NCBI GenBank assembly: GCA_003144275.1
Contig: NJBF01000039.1
Span: forward strand, 3,321 to 35,320
Length of the DNA stretch: 32,000 nucleotides
Direction of reading: 5' to 3'
Source: Candidatus Heimdallarchaeota archaeon B3_Heim
GTDB lineage: Archaea > Asgardarchaeota > Heimdallarchaeia > Hodarchaeales > Hodarchaeaceae
Positions within the stretch are counted from its first letter, which is position 1; each line of letters starts with the position of its first letter. Both the position numbers and the translations under genes were made by a program. The notes under the pieces were generated by a model. That model was not told the DNA's origin and did no database searches. It saw only the letters and a list, made by a program, of their open reading frames with translations. Shown piece by piece: positions 8,182 to 18,226 of the stretch.

Positions 8182-9111
8182 ATGAGCTCTGATATAATTA
8201 CTACGGATCAGCTTTCTAAGTTTTATGGTTCCATTCTAGGTATACATGAGGTTTCAATCAAGGTTCCACCTGGAGGAGTTGGATTCCTTGGCCCCAACGG
8301 AGCAGGAAAGACAACATTAATCCGAACGTTGTTAGGAATCATTCGTCCAACAAAAGGAACCGCCCATGTCTTAGGATACAATATCAAATCGGAAATAAAT
8401 CAAGTTAGGGATCGGATTGGGTATATTCCTGAATTTAATACATCTTTTATTCCCGATATGACTGCTATGAAATTTGTAGCCTTCTGTGGTCGGATGAATG
8501 GTCTTGCTAATGCCGAATCGAAACAACGGGCAAGTGATTCTTTGTATTATGTTGGTCTCGGGGAGGAAAGATATCGAAAATTAGGAACATTCTCCCTCGG
8601 AATGAAGCAGAAAGTTAAACTTGCATCTGCTCTGGTTCATGATCCAGATATCATAATTGCTGATGAACCAACAAATGGTTTAGACCCAACAGGTCGCAAT
8701 CAGATGCTAGATTTAATAAAGAATTTACAGATAGATCAGAACAAGCACGTTATCTTAAGCTCACATTTATTAAGAGATGTAGAACAGACAACAGATTATG
8801 CAATTGTATTTTCTGAGGGAGAAATATTAGCTCAAGGCAAAATTAAAGAGTTAACCTCTGGTCAAAGAACTTCTATCAGTGTAAAAGTAAAATTCAACGA
8901 GGATCTGTTCATTAGAAATCTTAAGGATAAGGGATATGAGGTTTGGGATGAAGGAGGATTTATCGAAGTAAAAATTTCTAGTGATACAGAGAAAGCGATT
9001 TTCAATGCTGCTTATACCGCTGGAACTGAAATTAGATATTTTGGAAGTCGTTCTAACACACTAGAGGATGTTTTTGTTGATTTATTCCAAAATAAGGAGG
9101 GGATAAAATGA
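8182..9111 (+). CDS. ABC transporter ATP-binding protein (ABC-2/drug-export type)
   Basis: Walker A GPNGAGKTT, signature FSLGMKQKV, Walker B/D-loop IIIADEPTNGLDP, H-loop SSH. Confidence 0.95.
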   Translation: MSSDIITTDQLSKFYGSILGIHEVSIKVPPGGVGFLGPNGAGKTTLIRTLLGIIRPTKGTAHVLGYNIKSEINQVRDRIGYIPEFNTSFIPDMTAMKFVAFCGRMNGLANAESKQRASDSLYYVGLGEERYRKLGTFSLGMKQKVKLASALVHDPDIIIADEPTNGLDPTGRNQMLDLIKNLQIDQNKHVILSSHLLRDVEQTTDYAIVFSEGEILAQGKIKELTSGQRTSISVKVKFNEDLFIRNLKDKGYEVWDEGGFIEVKISSDTEKAIFNAAYTAGTEIRYFGSRSNTLEDVFVDLFQNKEGIK

Positions 9112-10118
9112 GCGACCAATCAACAAAAAATGATGCCTATGTCAGAAAGTTTTCTTTTCGGCCGTTCACAGGATTACGGCGGGGACGAATTTTCCGAATG
9201 TGGTCAATTTCTTGGCAATGGTGGATTCACGAATGGGATCGATCTCGAGCAATAAAAGTTCTAATAGGTTTCCAAATTTTTATTCTTTTTTTAACCAACA
9301 TTTTTGTCCTCACCTTCAAAGACATTCAGCTTCAAGCGGATCCAACCTTAACTACTGGACAAATCCTAGAGGACACATTAATTCCTTTAGTACGCGGGAT
9401 AGTGAGTTTTCAGACCAGAATTCGTGGAGAAAGTGCTGGCCATGGCGACGAGTTTGGAACATCTTTTTCCATTGGAGGAACAAGTCTTTTCATTCTGCTA
9501 CTTGCTGTTCTTGTTGGCTCAGGACTAATAGCTGATGATATTACAAATAAAACAAATGAGATTTATTATTCAAAATTAGAAAAATACGAATATATCATGG
9601 GTAAGTTTGGAGCGTTCTTTATATTCGGCAATGTCATGATAACTCTCCCTTACGTTTTAGAATTCTTTCTACTTTACATTGGATTAGGAAATATGGACTT
9701 TCTAGCTGTCTTACCAGTATTAGTTCATGTAATCCTCTTCACTGAATTAGTAAATATAACTTATGCGGCAATCATCCTAGCATTTTCTTCCTTGACTGGT
9801 AGACGGTTATATGCAGGTCTTACAACCTTCATGCTTTTATTCCTTGCAAATATGATTGTCCCCTCATTGGCTTTTGCTCAAGGAGGTGAAGTCGGACTTC
9901 AGCTATTAACTGACGTTTTAACTCTGCTTCTTGTCAGTTCCTATCTTTTAGACGGAGAATCGATAATTAGATTGGATCTTTTAGGTAGAGAACACACTCT
10001 AAATCTCGCGAACGGAATCGGAATTGAGGGATGGATGATTATAGGAAGTTTGGGATTATTCATCTTTTTAGGAATCTCGATTGTAATTCTGCAGGTCTAT
10101 AGGAGGCATAGCGCTTGA
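9108..10118 (+). CDS. ABC-2 type transporter permease
   Basis: About 6 TM helices; GSGLIADDITNKTNEIYYSKLEKYEYIMGKF motif of ABC-2 permeases; GGAGG at 9096-9100; overlaps both neighbours by 4 bp. Confidence 0.85.
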   Translation: MSDQSTKNDAYVRKFSFRPFTGLRRGRIFRMWSISWQWWIHEWDRSRAIKVLIGFQIFILFLTNIFVLTFKDIQLQADPTLTTGQILEDTLIPLVRGIVSFQTRIRGESAGHGDEFGTSFSIGGTSLFILLLAVLVGSGLIADDITNKTNEIYYSKLEKYEYIMGKFGAFFIFGNVMITLPYVLEFFLLYIGLGNMDFLAVLPVLVHVILFTELVNITYAAIILAFSSLTGRRLYAGLTTFMLLFLANMIVPSLAFAQGGEVGLQLLTDVLTLLLVSSYLLDGESIIRLDLLGREHTLNLANGIGIEGWMIIGSLGLFIFLGISIVILQVYRRHSA

Positions 10119-11035
10119 TCGAATTAGAAAACGTATCTAAATCATTTGGAGATGTTGTTGCAATATCAAATATGAGTATGCATGTTAAAACAGGCACGAT
10201 AACTGGGTTCCTTGGCCCAAATGGAGCTGGAAAATCGACCACATTAAAAGTTGTTATGGGTGAGATTTTTCCAGATCTTGGAACCGTTAATGTTCTTGGT
10301 GAAAATCCTGTTAATAATATCAAGCTCAAACAAAGAACTGGATATGTTTCAGAACATGATGACTTGTATCAATGGATGAAAGGAAAACAATTCGTATCAT
10401 CTCTTGCAAGATTACTGCTTCCTCGTGAAGAAGCCGAACGTGCAGCAAAAGAGGCATTAAAAACAGTTGGATTAGCAGTCAAAGGAAAAAAAATTCAAGC
10501 GTATTCGAAAGGAATGAGACAAAGACTGAAGGTAGCTGCCGCAATCGTTCACAATCCAGATCTACTTATCTTAGATGAACCTTTTGGGGGCCTTGATCCT
10601 TTAGGTCGTCGTGAAATGAAAAAACTCGTTTCAAATCTCAATCAAGATGGTGTTACAATTCTAATTTCAAGCCATATTTTATATGAGCTTGATCAAATGA
10701 GCACGAACATGATTCTCATTCATCGTGGACAAACTCTTGCTGAAGGCGCTCCCTCTGAAATTTTAGAATTAATTGATCAGTTTCCACATCAAATATTAAT
10801 TCATGCTCCAATTGATCAACTTAAAAATCTTTCAAAACTAATGATTGATGAATCAATTGTTAATTCTTTGAAATTCGGTGCTGACAAATCCTCCACAGAT
10901 TTAGTTGCAATTACAAACAATCCAAAGGAGTTTTATCCCAAAATTACTCAGTTGATTGCAGAGAATAATCTCTTTGTTGAGCATCTTGAAAGTAAGACTG
11001 ACAACATCGAAGCAATTTTTGAGTTTCTAACATAA
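10115..11035 (+). CDS. ABC transporter ATP-binding protein (second)
   Basis: GPNGAGKST, YSKGMRQRL, LLILDEPFGGLDP, SSH; TTG start overlapping the upstream TGA. Confidence 0.95.
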   Translation: MIELENVSKSFGDVVAISNMSMHVKTGTITGFLGPNGAGKSTTLKVVMGEIFPDLGTVNVLGENPVNNIKLKQRTGYVSEHDDLYQWMKGKQFVSSLARLLLPREEAERAAKEALKTVGLAVKGKKIQAYSKGMRQRLKVAAAIVHNPDLLILDEPFGGLDPLGRREMKKLVSNLNQDGVTILISSHILYELDQMSTNMILIHRGQTLAEGAPSEILELIDQFPHQILIHAPIDQLKNLSKLMIDESIVNSLKFGADKSSTDLVAITNNPKEFYPKITQLIAENNLFVEHLESKTDNIEAIFEFLT

Positions 11036-11054
11036 AAATGGAGGAATAAGAGAT

Positions 11055-11861
11055 ATGGTGAACAAACAAAACAATACAAAATACGAATATTCTCCTCCTC
11101 TGTTTTCACGGGGAATTTTCTTAATCCAAATATTCTTGAATAAATATGTCTATGATAAAAAGACATATATTCTAATACTGATAAGTGTTCTCCCCTTATT
11201 AACGATTGGCAATATCCATCAACCTGGAATTGAAGATTACGTAGATCTCATTGGCCCCATATCCATTTTTACTTTTATTATTATGCCTTTAATTTCCTTA
11301 ATATTAGGTGTAACAGCCATCTCGGACGAAAAAGAAAATAAAACAATCAGTCAACTGTTAGCACGTCCAGTAAGACGAGAGGAAATAGTTATCTCCAAAT
11401 GGATTACTATTATGATTATTGGCCTAATAATTACCACAATTAACAGTACTATTTTATATCTAGGATTTTATATCCTTCTGCCAGGATCTATTAGCCTACT
11501 CGGTAATTTATCTGTATTACTTGGAACGTGGATGTATTTAGGATTATGGTTTGGGGTTTACGCAACAATTTTCCTTTTCGTTGGGGTATTTTTAGATAAA
11601 AATGCTATTGGACTGGGTTTAGCAATTGCGTATTTTGAAGCTTTTTTTGGACAATTCATTTTTGGAGCCTTTTCTGGAAATTCTCCTTTTTCAGTTGCAA
11701 ACCATATTTACTACATTGCTTCAGAATTTTTCTTGAGCGATTATATCTCGTTTAATATAGCAAAATTCGAGCCAATCTCTTCTGTTCTTGTCTGCATTGG
11801 ATTAGTATTTGGATTTCTATTTCTCGCTGCATTCACGATGCGACGTAAAGATTTCCCCTAG
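11055..11861 (+). CDS. ABC-2 type transporter permease (second)
   Basis: AISDEKENKTISQLLARPVRREEIVISKW motif; about 6 TM helices; GGAGG at 11040-11044. Confidence 0.9.
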   Translation: MVNKQNNTKYEYSPPLFSRGIFLIQIFLNKYVYDKKTYILILISVLPLLTIGNIHQPGIEDYVDLIGPISIFTFIIMPLISLILGVTAISDEKENKTISQLLARPVRREEIVISKWITIMIIGLIITTINSTILYLGFYILLPGSISLLGNLSVLLGTWMYLGLWFGVYATIFLFVGVFLDKNAIGLGLAIAYFEAFFGQFIFGAFSGNSPFSVANHIYYIASEFFLSDYISFNIAKFEPISSVLVCIGLVFGFLFLAAFTMRRKDFP

Positions 11862-12814
11862 TTTCTCTTTTTTTTCCTTCTAATAACAAAAGATACTGAA
11901 ATTAATGCGCTGAATACCGCAAAAAAGTCAAATCTGCTAATATAATCTAATTCCTCTTCTCGTTCAAGTCGAATGTCTAGAGAAAAACTAGCAGAATTAC
12001 TATTATTTACTGATCCCTCCATATCTGAATTGATATCGTAGAATACTAATACTCCATTCTTTTTCTCCCACTTAAATTCAGCTGCATAAACAAAGTCCAA
12101 AACAATTCCTGTAGATCTATCATTCATAGTACCAGAGTATTCTACTTCCATGATGAAATATTTCTTTGTTTCCTCATAATCCAAATAAAGAACTGTCTCA
12201 ATTCCTTCCAATGCTCCATCTAATTCTGGAATGGATTGATTCCAAATATTGAAAATTGATAACCAAGGTAGGGTGACGGGTATTACAAAAAATTCGTCTC
12301 CAGCTGATACTCCAGAAGAATTATCTAGGAAATTGACATCGTTTCCTAGGACACTGAGGCCTAATGCATTTTGAATCCCCAAAATGACTTGGGACTCATT
12401 ACTTTCAATATTTACCTCGCTTATGCTTGATTTGAGTTGATACACAACATAAACTGGATCTTCATCATTAACGGCAACGATACTGAGGTTAAATGTTGTT
12501 CCTACGGGAATGATTTCCTTTCCCAGCATATATCCTCTTGTTGAAATTTCCGTACTAAAGAATCCAAAGGAATAAGCAAAAGTTCTTTTTGCAGCTACTA
12601 CTGTATAGGTCCATTGGTCTTCGGAATCAACATTATAGCTTGAAAAGCTAGCCTCAACTGTGAACGGAGTGAGAAGTACTAAGAGGAACAGGGAAAGAAC
12701 AGAAATATACCTAATTTGCAATGCTCGTTTAAGAACTCTCAAATCACTCACATAACCAAAATACTTTGAGATATAAAAATATTCAGATGTAGGATTCGTC
12801 AATATACTCTTCAA
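11858..12814 (-). CDS. Secreted/surface protein with C-terminal TM and basic tail (resembles Asgard 'choice-of-anchor S' type proteins)
   Basis: Signal-like RYISVLSLFLLVLLTPFTVEA, beta-rich body (DQWTYTV, GTTFNLSIV, AEFKWEKKNGVLVFY), C-terminal FFAVFSALISVSFVIRRKKKRN. True start is probably downstream of 12814 (e.g. TTG at 12721). Family label is from memory and unverified. Confidence 0.65.
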   Translation of the reverse strand: MKSILTNPTSEYFYISKYFGYVSDLRVLKRALQIRYISVLSLFLLVLLTPFTVEASFSSYNVDSEDQWTYTVVAAKRTFAYSFGFFSTEISTRGYMLGKEIIPVGTTFNLSIVAVNDEDPVYVVYQLKSSISEVNIESNESQVILGIQNALGLSVLGNDVNFLDNSSGVSAGDEFFVIPVTLPWLSIFNIWNQSIPELDGALEGIETVLYLDYEETKKYFIMEVEYSGTMNDRSTGIVLDFVYAAEFKWEKKNGVLVFYDINSDMEGSVNNSNSASFSLDIRLEREEELDYISRFDFFAVFSALISVSFVIRRKKKRN

Positions 12815-12854
12815 GTATAACTTAAGAGATTATAGTGATTTAACGTTAAGAAAT

Positions 12855-14015
12855 TCATCCCATATAATCTCTAATTCGCTTAAACGCTTCTTTAATCTCT
12901 TCTTCAGACCTAGAAAAAGCAACACGGAAATATCCATCTGCTGAATTCCCAAATGCCGTACCAGGAATTGTGGCAACATTTGCATTATTTAGAATTTCCT
13001 CTGCTACAAGCTCTGATGGCTTATCTGAATGGGAATATTTGACAAAGCCATAAAATGCTCCATCAACACTATCGAGTGATAATCCATCTATCTTAGATAT
13101 TTCATCTAGTAACAATTGTCTACGGACAGGAAATACTTCTTCAATTACTTTTTGAGCTTCAAACCTTTGTTCCAAAGCGGTTACCGCACCCCATTGGCAA
13201 AAAGTAGTTGCACAACTTGTACTTGCCTGTATAAATCGTAAAATACCTTGAGACAACGTTTCATTCGCAATAGAATATCCGAGACGGAAACCAGTCATGC
13301 TGTACGTTTTAGAAAAGCCATTCACAACAATAATGTTGTCTCTCCAGTTTTCCAATTCAGTTAAAATAGTTTTGAAGGAGCTGGGAATATACATATAGTC
13401 GTTATAGATTTCATCTGCAATTATCGTAAGATTCGTATCCTCGATCAAATCCTTCACAAATGAGAGCTCTTGGGAGGAAATTATATGTCCAGTCGGATTA
13501 TTTGGAGAATTTATGAGAAGTGCTTTAACGTCAGTATTTGAGATAGTTTCTTTGACCAACTCCTGATTAAGAGAAAAGTCATCCTGCATGGGGATAGTCA
13601 AAAATTGTCCACCAGAGAGACGCGCCATATCGGGATAGGAAACCCAATACGGTTCAGGAAATAGAATTTTTTCTCCCCGATTAAGTAGGGCATAAATTGA
13701 TGCCAGAATACTCTGTTTTGCCCCTGAAGTTACAATAATTTCCTCATTTGGATTTATATCAACAGAAAAATCCTCTGCATAGACAGAAGCTATCTTACTT
13801 CTTAATTCTGGGATTCCTGAACTGATAGCATATGTTGTTTTTCCTTGATTAATCGCTTCGATAGTGGCGTTCACAATAGATTGTAAAGGTTGGAAATCTG
13901 GTTGGCCTATTTCCAAATGAATTATATTATGTCCATTGGCTTCTCTTTCTTTTGCTAATCGAAAAAATTTTGCCGTAGGAGACCCTTGAAGTTGTTTAAG
14001 CTGTTCTGATAGCAT
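12855..14015 (-). CDS. PLP-dependent aminotransferase class I/II (aspartate aminotransferase family)
   Basis: LEIGQPDF, TSGAKQS, INSPNNPTG, IIADEIY, NGFSKTYSMTGFRLGY (PLP lysine), PGTAFG...YFRVAF. Confidence 0.95.
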   Translation of the reverse strand: MLSEQLKQLQGSPTAKFFRLAKEREANGHNIIHLEIGQPDFQPLQSIVNATIEAINQGKTTYAISSGIPELRSKIASVYAEDFSVDINPNEEIIVTSGAKQSILASIYALLNRGEKILFPEPYWVSYPDMARLSGGQFLTIPMQDDFSLNQELVKETISNTDVKALLINSPNNPTGHIISSQELSFVKDLIEDTNLTIIADEIYNDYMYIPSSFKTILTELENWRDNIIVVNGFSKTYSMTGFRLGYSIANETLSQGILRFIQASTSCATTFCQWGAVTALEQRFEAQKVIEEVFPVRRQLLLDEISKIDGLSLDSVDGAFYGFVKYSHSDKPSELVAEEILNNANVATIPGTAFGNSADGYFRVAFSRSEEEIKEAFKRIRDYMG

Positions 14016-14232
14016 TTAATTCACATCTAGATTTGAATCATGTTGATAAACTTATAAATCTTTAAGATAATGAGGACATTGTCATAAAAGAAATTTTAAT
14101 TTACACTTTTGAAAACTATTCCCAAAGAATTTATTAATTCTAATCTTACTTAATTCCAAAAGTACTAGATTCATCTTCAAAGTCTATAATCTAACGTAAT
14201 CGTGCTGATGAAATTAAACATATACACGTGAA

Positions 14233-15273
14233 ATGAGTATGAAAGTCGACCCAAATTGGTTTCTCTTTGTGGAGGAAAAAGAGATACGATGGAGTTTTGG
14301 AAACCCCGATGAGGAGTTTAAAGGCTTCGTGATTAATTTTCTTGCTGGATTAGCTCAAATTGGAGAGGAAATCTTTGGAGAGAATGGTGTAGCTTCGATA
14401 GAGTTTGATCTACCAAAGAAATCTCAAGTTCTATCTTCAGAAATATTCATTGTGAATTTGTCAAATAAATTTTTTATTATTATGTCAGATCCAAGCATTA
14501 CCATGAAGATGCTGAACCAACAAGGGGGAATAGCGCATGAAGTTGAGGAAATTTTATCAGCTGTGTTGGTTGGACAAGCAGCGATTTTATTTGGAACTAG
14601 TATTTCAGAAGTCTCATCAGATGATGAGAGTAGTAAAATTGAAAAGGTCTGGCAAAACATAATACTTGATATTTCAGCGAAGTATACTGATGATATTGAC
14701 CAAATTGTTTCTTCGAACTCATCCAACTTTTCACGGCTTGCATTTGAAGATTTGTTATTTCTACACTATCATTTAAGAAAACAATCAGAGCTAGGAAAGA
14801 TTATTTCTCCCAAAGGATGGAGTCTGGTGTCTCATTACAGTGGTAGTGAAATCCCATTAGAACACAATATGGAATGGGATGCAGTTGTTCTAGCAGGTTA
14901 TTTAGGAATAATTATTTCTTTCATTACTGCACTCTTTAATTCTAAACCAAAATCTCTCACCTTTGGAACGCATACAGTCCAAACTCTTTGTTTTATTAAT
15001 GGAAAAGATGAATATTTCATAGCTATTGATTCCCCATTTACAAAACTTATTTTAGATTCTGAATTTCAAACAAAATTCTTCGCACTTCAGGAAGAAGTTA
15101 TTACGGATTTACACGATGCCCTTCGCAAGCGTATTATCGAAGAAATTTTAGCTGCAAACGCAGAAGAATTGGAAAATCAAAATTTAGTCTCACTACTTCA
15201 AGACAACGTTTTATCAAGAAAAACACTCTTTGAACGATTGTTTTCCCGTAAGAAACGACTTGAATTTCGGTAA
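14233..15273 (+). CDS. Hypothetical protein, probable tandem longin-fold domains
   Basis: Two segments with beta-beta-alpha-beta-beta-beta-alpha pattern, each with a longin-like helix (FVINFLAGLAQIGEEIFG; DAVVLAGYLGIIISFITALFN). Pattern recognition only. Confidence 0.5.
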   Translation: MSMKVDPNWFLFVEEKEIRWSFGNPDEEFKGFVINFLAGLAQIGEEIFGENGVASIEFDLPKKSQVLSSEIFIVNLSNKFFIIMSDPSITMKMLNQQGGIAHEVEEILSAVLVGQAAILFGTSISEVSSDDESSKIEKVWQNIILDISAKYTDDIDQIVSSNSSNFSRLAFEDLLFLHYHLRKQSELGKIISPKGWSLVSHYSGSEIPLEHNMEWDAVVLAGYLGIIISFITALFNSKPKSLTFGTHTVQTLCFINGKDEYFIAIDSPFTKLILDSEFQTKFFALQEEVITDLHDALRKRIIEEILAANAEELENQNLVSLLQDNVLSRKTLFERLFSRKKRLEFR

Positions 15274-15367
15274 AAACTTCTAATCAAGTTTACTACAATC
15301 GCAAACTATTTGAATAGGAGAGCCTGTTATGTGTTGTCTAATATCTGAAAAAATGAAGTAGATAAAA

Positions 15368-15616
15368 ATGGCAGATAAAATTGGCGTTATAGAGAATTTT
15401 TTCGCAAAGATAAATGTGGGTGTTTTACATGTTACTAGCGGTGAATTGTCCTTAAACGACACGATTAGTATAAAGGGGTCAACAACCGATATCACAATGA
15501 CTGTAAACTCGATGCAAATTGATAGAAAGGATGTAGAACTTGTCAAAACTGGAGAAAAAGTAGGTTTAAAAGTTCCAGAACGTGTACGACCCGGAGATGA
15601 GGTTTTCAAAGAATAA
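15368..15616 (+). CDS. Stand-alone translation elongation factor domain-II-like beta-barrel protein
   Basis: KIGVIENFFAKINVG...GELSLNDTISIKG...VNSMQID...AKTG-like VKTGEKVGLKVPERVRPGDEVF, the EF-Tu domain 2 / U32 C-terminal-like pattern. Confidence 0.8.
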   Translation: MADKIGVIENFFAKINVGVLHVTSGELSLNDTISIKGSTTDITMTVNSMQIDRKDVELVKTGEKVGLKVPERVRPGDEVFKE

Positions 15617-15838
15617 ACAATAGAAGTTTTATTTATTTTTTGATTCGATATTTCCTGAAGGTTTTCAATCATTTCGTCAGTAATTCTAGAAAGAGTCATT
15701 TCGTGTTGAGTGTAATCTATTTCATTCCATTTATATAATAGATCAAGTTTGAATGAAACACTTAACAAGTAAAAATCTTTAAGTATCCCTTAGAATCTGA
15801 AAGATTGTTATATTTTTCTCTGGATCAACGTTAAGGCA

Positions 15839-18226
15839 GTGAAAGAAATTTCTCAACCTAGTATCCAACCAAAAGATTTGAAACCAGCTGAAATTCTCTG
15901 TCTCGACGATGATGAGTGGTTCTTACGTTTATTAGTTAAAAAATTTCAGAGCGTTGATCCCTCTTTTAAGATAACAACAGCAATGAGTGTTGATGAGGCA
16001 CTAGACTACTTAAAGGAACAATCATATGATTGCATTTTGTGTGATCATAAACTCCCTGGTACAATTAACATTCACGGAAAGGTCTTTCCTTCTGACGGTA
16101 TCCATGTAATGCGGAAATTTAAAGATGAATTAGAAATTGATACACCATTTATCTTCGTGACGGGACAGGGATCAGAGGAAATAGCCTCACAAGCACTACA
16201 ATTAGGGGCAGCAGGTTATTTCATTAAACGTGTCCAACCCGGTTACTACAGCTTAATGGCAACCTCAATTCGCCAAATTATTGATCGATATTGGTTACAG
16301 CGTGAATTAAAAGAATCTGAGTTCCGTTATAAGGATTTATTTGAAAATGCGACTGGTTTAATCTTTATTTTTGATACGAAAGGAAATTTACAAGAATCAA
16401 ATCAAAACTTCTATACTATGTTCGGCTATAAAGAGGAGGAGAAGTTAGCTTACACCCAGATTGCTCATACAGCCGATTTTGATAAATGGCAGAACATGAT
16501 TGATTCGATAATACTAGGGAATAATCAGATCCAATTACTCAGAGCTGTTACAAAAGATAATACCGTGCTCCATCTCGACATTAACGCTCGTCCACTCTGG
16601 GATAAACGCCAAAAGACAATCATCGGGATCCAAGCCATTGCACGAGACATTTCAGATCAAGTTAAGACCCAACAAGCATTGATAGATTCAGAAGAAAAGC
16701 ATAGAAAGATCGTTGAAGGCTCAATTGATGGGATAATTTTTCTTGATACTCAAGGTGGAGTCATCGATTGGAATCCTGCAGCAACTATAATAACAGGAAT
16801 TGATCAAAATGACGCTGTAGGAAAAAAGATTGAAGAGATCATACAATCACTAAAGCCTTCTCAAATAAATGACCCTGAATCTGTAGAGGTTGATCCTTCG
16901 GTTATTCGAAAGGAGTACGAAAAACTCTTCGCATCAGAAGCCGATCTTCAGACTCCAAAAATGATTGAATTCAGCTTAGAGAATATAAAGACGTGCAAAA
17001 GGCATTTAATTGAAACGGTCGGCTTTATTGTTGAACATTCAAAAGGAAATCGTGTCGCAATTGTAATGCGTGATGTCACAGAGCGTCGTAACGCTGAAGC
17101 AGAAAGTCGATCATTTGCACAGCGATTTCAAATTCTAATTGAACAAACAGCTATCGGTGTATGGGTAACTGATCTTACAGAAACTACTACATACGTTAAT
17201 GAAAGTGTCGCACAAATTCTTGGTTATAGTAAACGAGAAATTATTGGAGCTTCAGTTTTGGATTTTGCATCTCCTGAAAGTGCAGAAATAATTAAATCCA
17301 AAACAAAAAGCCGATTTGCGCAAAAAACCGTCAATGATACTTATGAACTACATTTCTTTCATAGAAATGGGAAAATCATAACCACACTTGTAACTGCAGC
17401 TGCAATTTATGATGAAAAAGGGAATCTTCAAGAAACTTATGGGCTTATTCGTGATGTTACGGATGAACGGGAGCGAGAACAAGAATTAAAACGTACAAAA
17501 GAATATTTAGAGTCAATAATAGCTTCCATGCCCGCTGGTGTCTATTCTTATGATTTAGATCAAAAAATAACAATGGCAAATCCTCGGTTAGCAGACATTC
17601 TTCAGTATACCTCCGAGAAAGAATTAATTGGCCGTTCAATTTATGATTTATTTCCATCTCGTGAACATACTAGAGTTGAAAACTTTGTTAAAGAAAGAAT
17701 GACTGGCCAACGATCAAAGGAATATATTCCACTAAACTATCTAACCAGAAAAGGTGAAGAAGTGACTACTTCTGTTACTTCCATCCCATTAGTAATTGAT
17801 GAAAAAGTTGAGGGTGCAGTTGTCACAGTTTCAGATTTAACGGAACAAAGACAAATAGAAGAATATGTGCATAAAATTTCTCACGAGTATAGGGTATTGC
17901 TAGAAAAACTTCCAGGGGGAATATTAAAAATCAATACTCTTGGACAAATTGTCACATATAATGAAAAAGCAGCTGAACTATTGAATTTCATTGATGTAGT
18001 TGATTTAGGAACCTTAAATTTACTGGAATATCATCCATTCAAAGAAGCGGGGATTACAGAAAAATTTAGGAATTTGTTATACCAAAAAACTGATGAAGAG
18101 GTAATTGTAGCCGAAATTATTGATAATTTGGGGAAAAAGCATCTGTTAAAATTTCATTTCTTTCCTGTGAAGGATCAGTACATGGAGAATCTTTCCTGGT
18201 TTTTAGTTGTTAATAAACCAGATTAA
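15839..18226 (+). CDS. Response regulator receiver plus five PAS/PAC domains, no kinase or DNA-binding output
   Basis: REC: ILCLDDD, DCILCDHKLP (phospho-Asp), FVTGQG, GAAGYFIK. Repeated PAS units (LFENATGLIF; IVEGSIDGII..WNPAA; LIEQTAIGVW..VNESVA; IIASMPAGVY..ANPRL; LLEKLPGGIL..YNEKA) with PAC ends ARD, MRD, IRD, VSD. GTG start. Confidence 0.9.
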   Translation: MKEISQPSIQPKDLKPAEILCLDDDEWFLRLLVKKFQSVDPSFKITTAMSVDEALDYLKEQSYDCILCDHKLPGTINIHGKVFPSDGIHVMRKFKDELEIDTPFIFVTGQGSEEIASQALQLGAAGYFIKRVQPGYYSLMATSIRQIIDRYWLQRELKESEFRYKDLFENATGLIFIFDTKGNLQESNQNFYTMFGYKEEEKLAYTQIAHTADFDKWQNMIDSIILGNNQIQLLRAVTKDNTVLHLDINARPLWDKRQKTIIGIQAIARDISDQVKTQQALIDSEEKHRKIVEGSIDGIIFLDTQGGVIDWNPAATIITGIDQNDAVGKKIEEIIQSLKPSQINDPESVEVDPSVIRKEYEKLFASEADLQTPKMIEFSLENIKTCKRHLIETVGFIVEHSKGNRVAIVMRDVTERRNAEAESRSFAQRFQILIEQTAIGVWVTDLTETTTYVNESVAQILGYSKREIIGASVLDFASPESAEIIKSKTKSRFAQKTVNDTYELHFFHRNGKIITTLVTAAAIYDEKGNLQETYGLIRDVTDEREREQELKRTKEYLESIIASMPAGVYSYDLDQKITMANPRLADILQYTSEKELIGRSIYDLFPSREHTRVENFVKERMTGQRSKEYIPLNYLTRKGEEVTTSVTSIPLVIDEKVEGAVVTVSDLTEQRQIEEYVHKISHEYRVLLEKLPGGILKINTLGQIVTYNEKAAELLNFIDVVDLGTLNLLEYHPFKEAGITEKFRNLLYQKTDEEVIVAEIIDNLGKKHLLKFHFFPVKDQYMENLSWFLVVNKPD

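Noticed and set aside
15280-15768. 162-aa minus-strand ORF spanning the EF-Tu-domain-II-like gene
   Set aside because: Antisense shadow of a well-patterned 82-aa gene; S/T/F-rich composition typical of shadows. Its first ~50 codons lie in intergenic DNA but match nothing I recognise.
7895-18226. Idea that the HATPase relic is the lost transmitter of the REC-5xPAS gene
   Set aside because: The relic is about 8 kb upstream of that gene and nothing in the sequence links them; the REC-PAS protein ends cleanly at a domain boundary.
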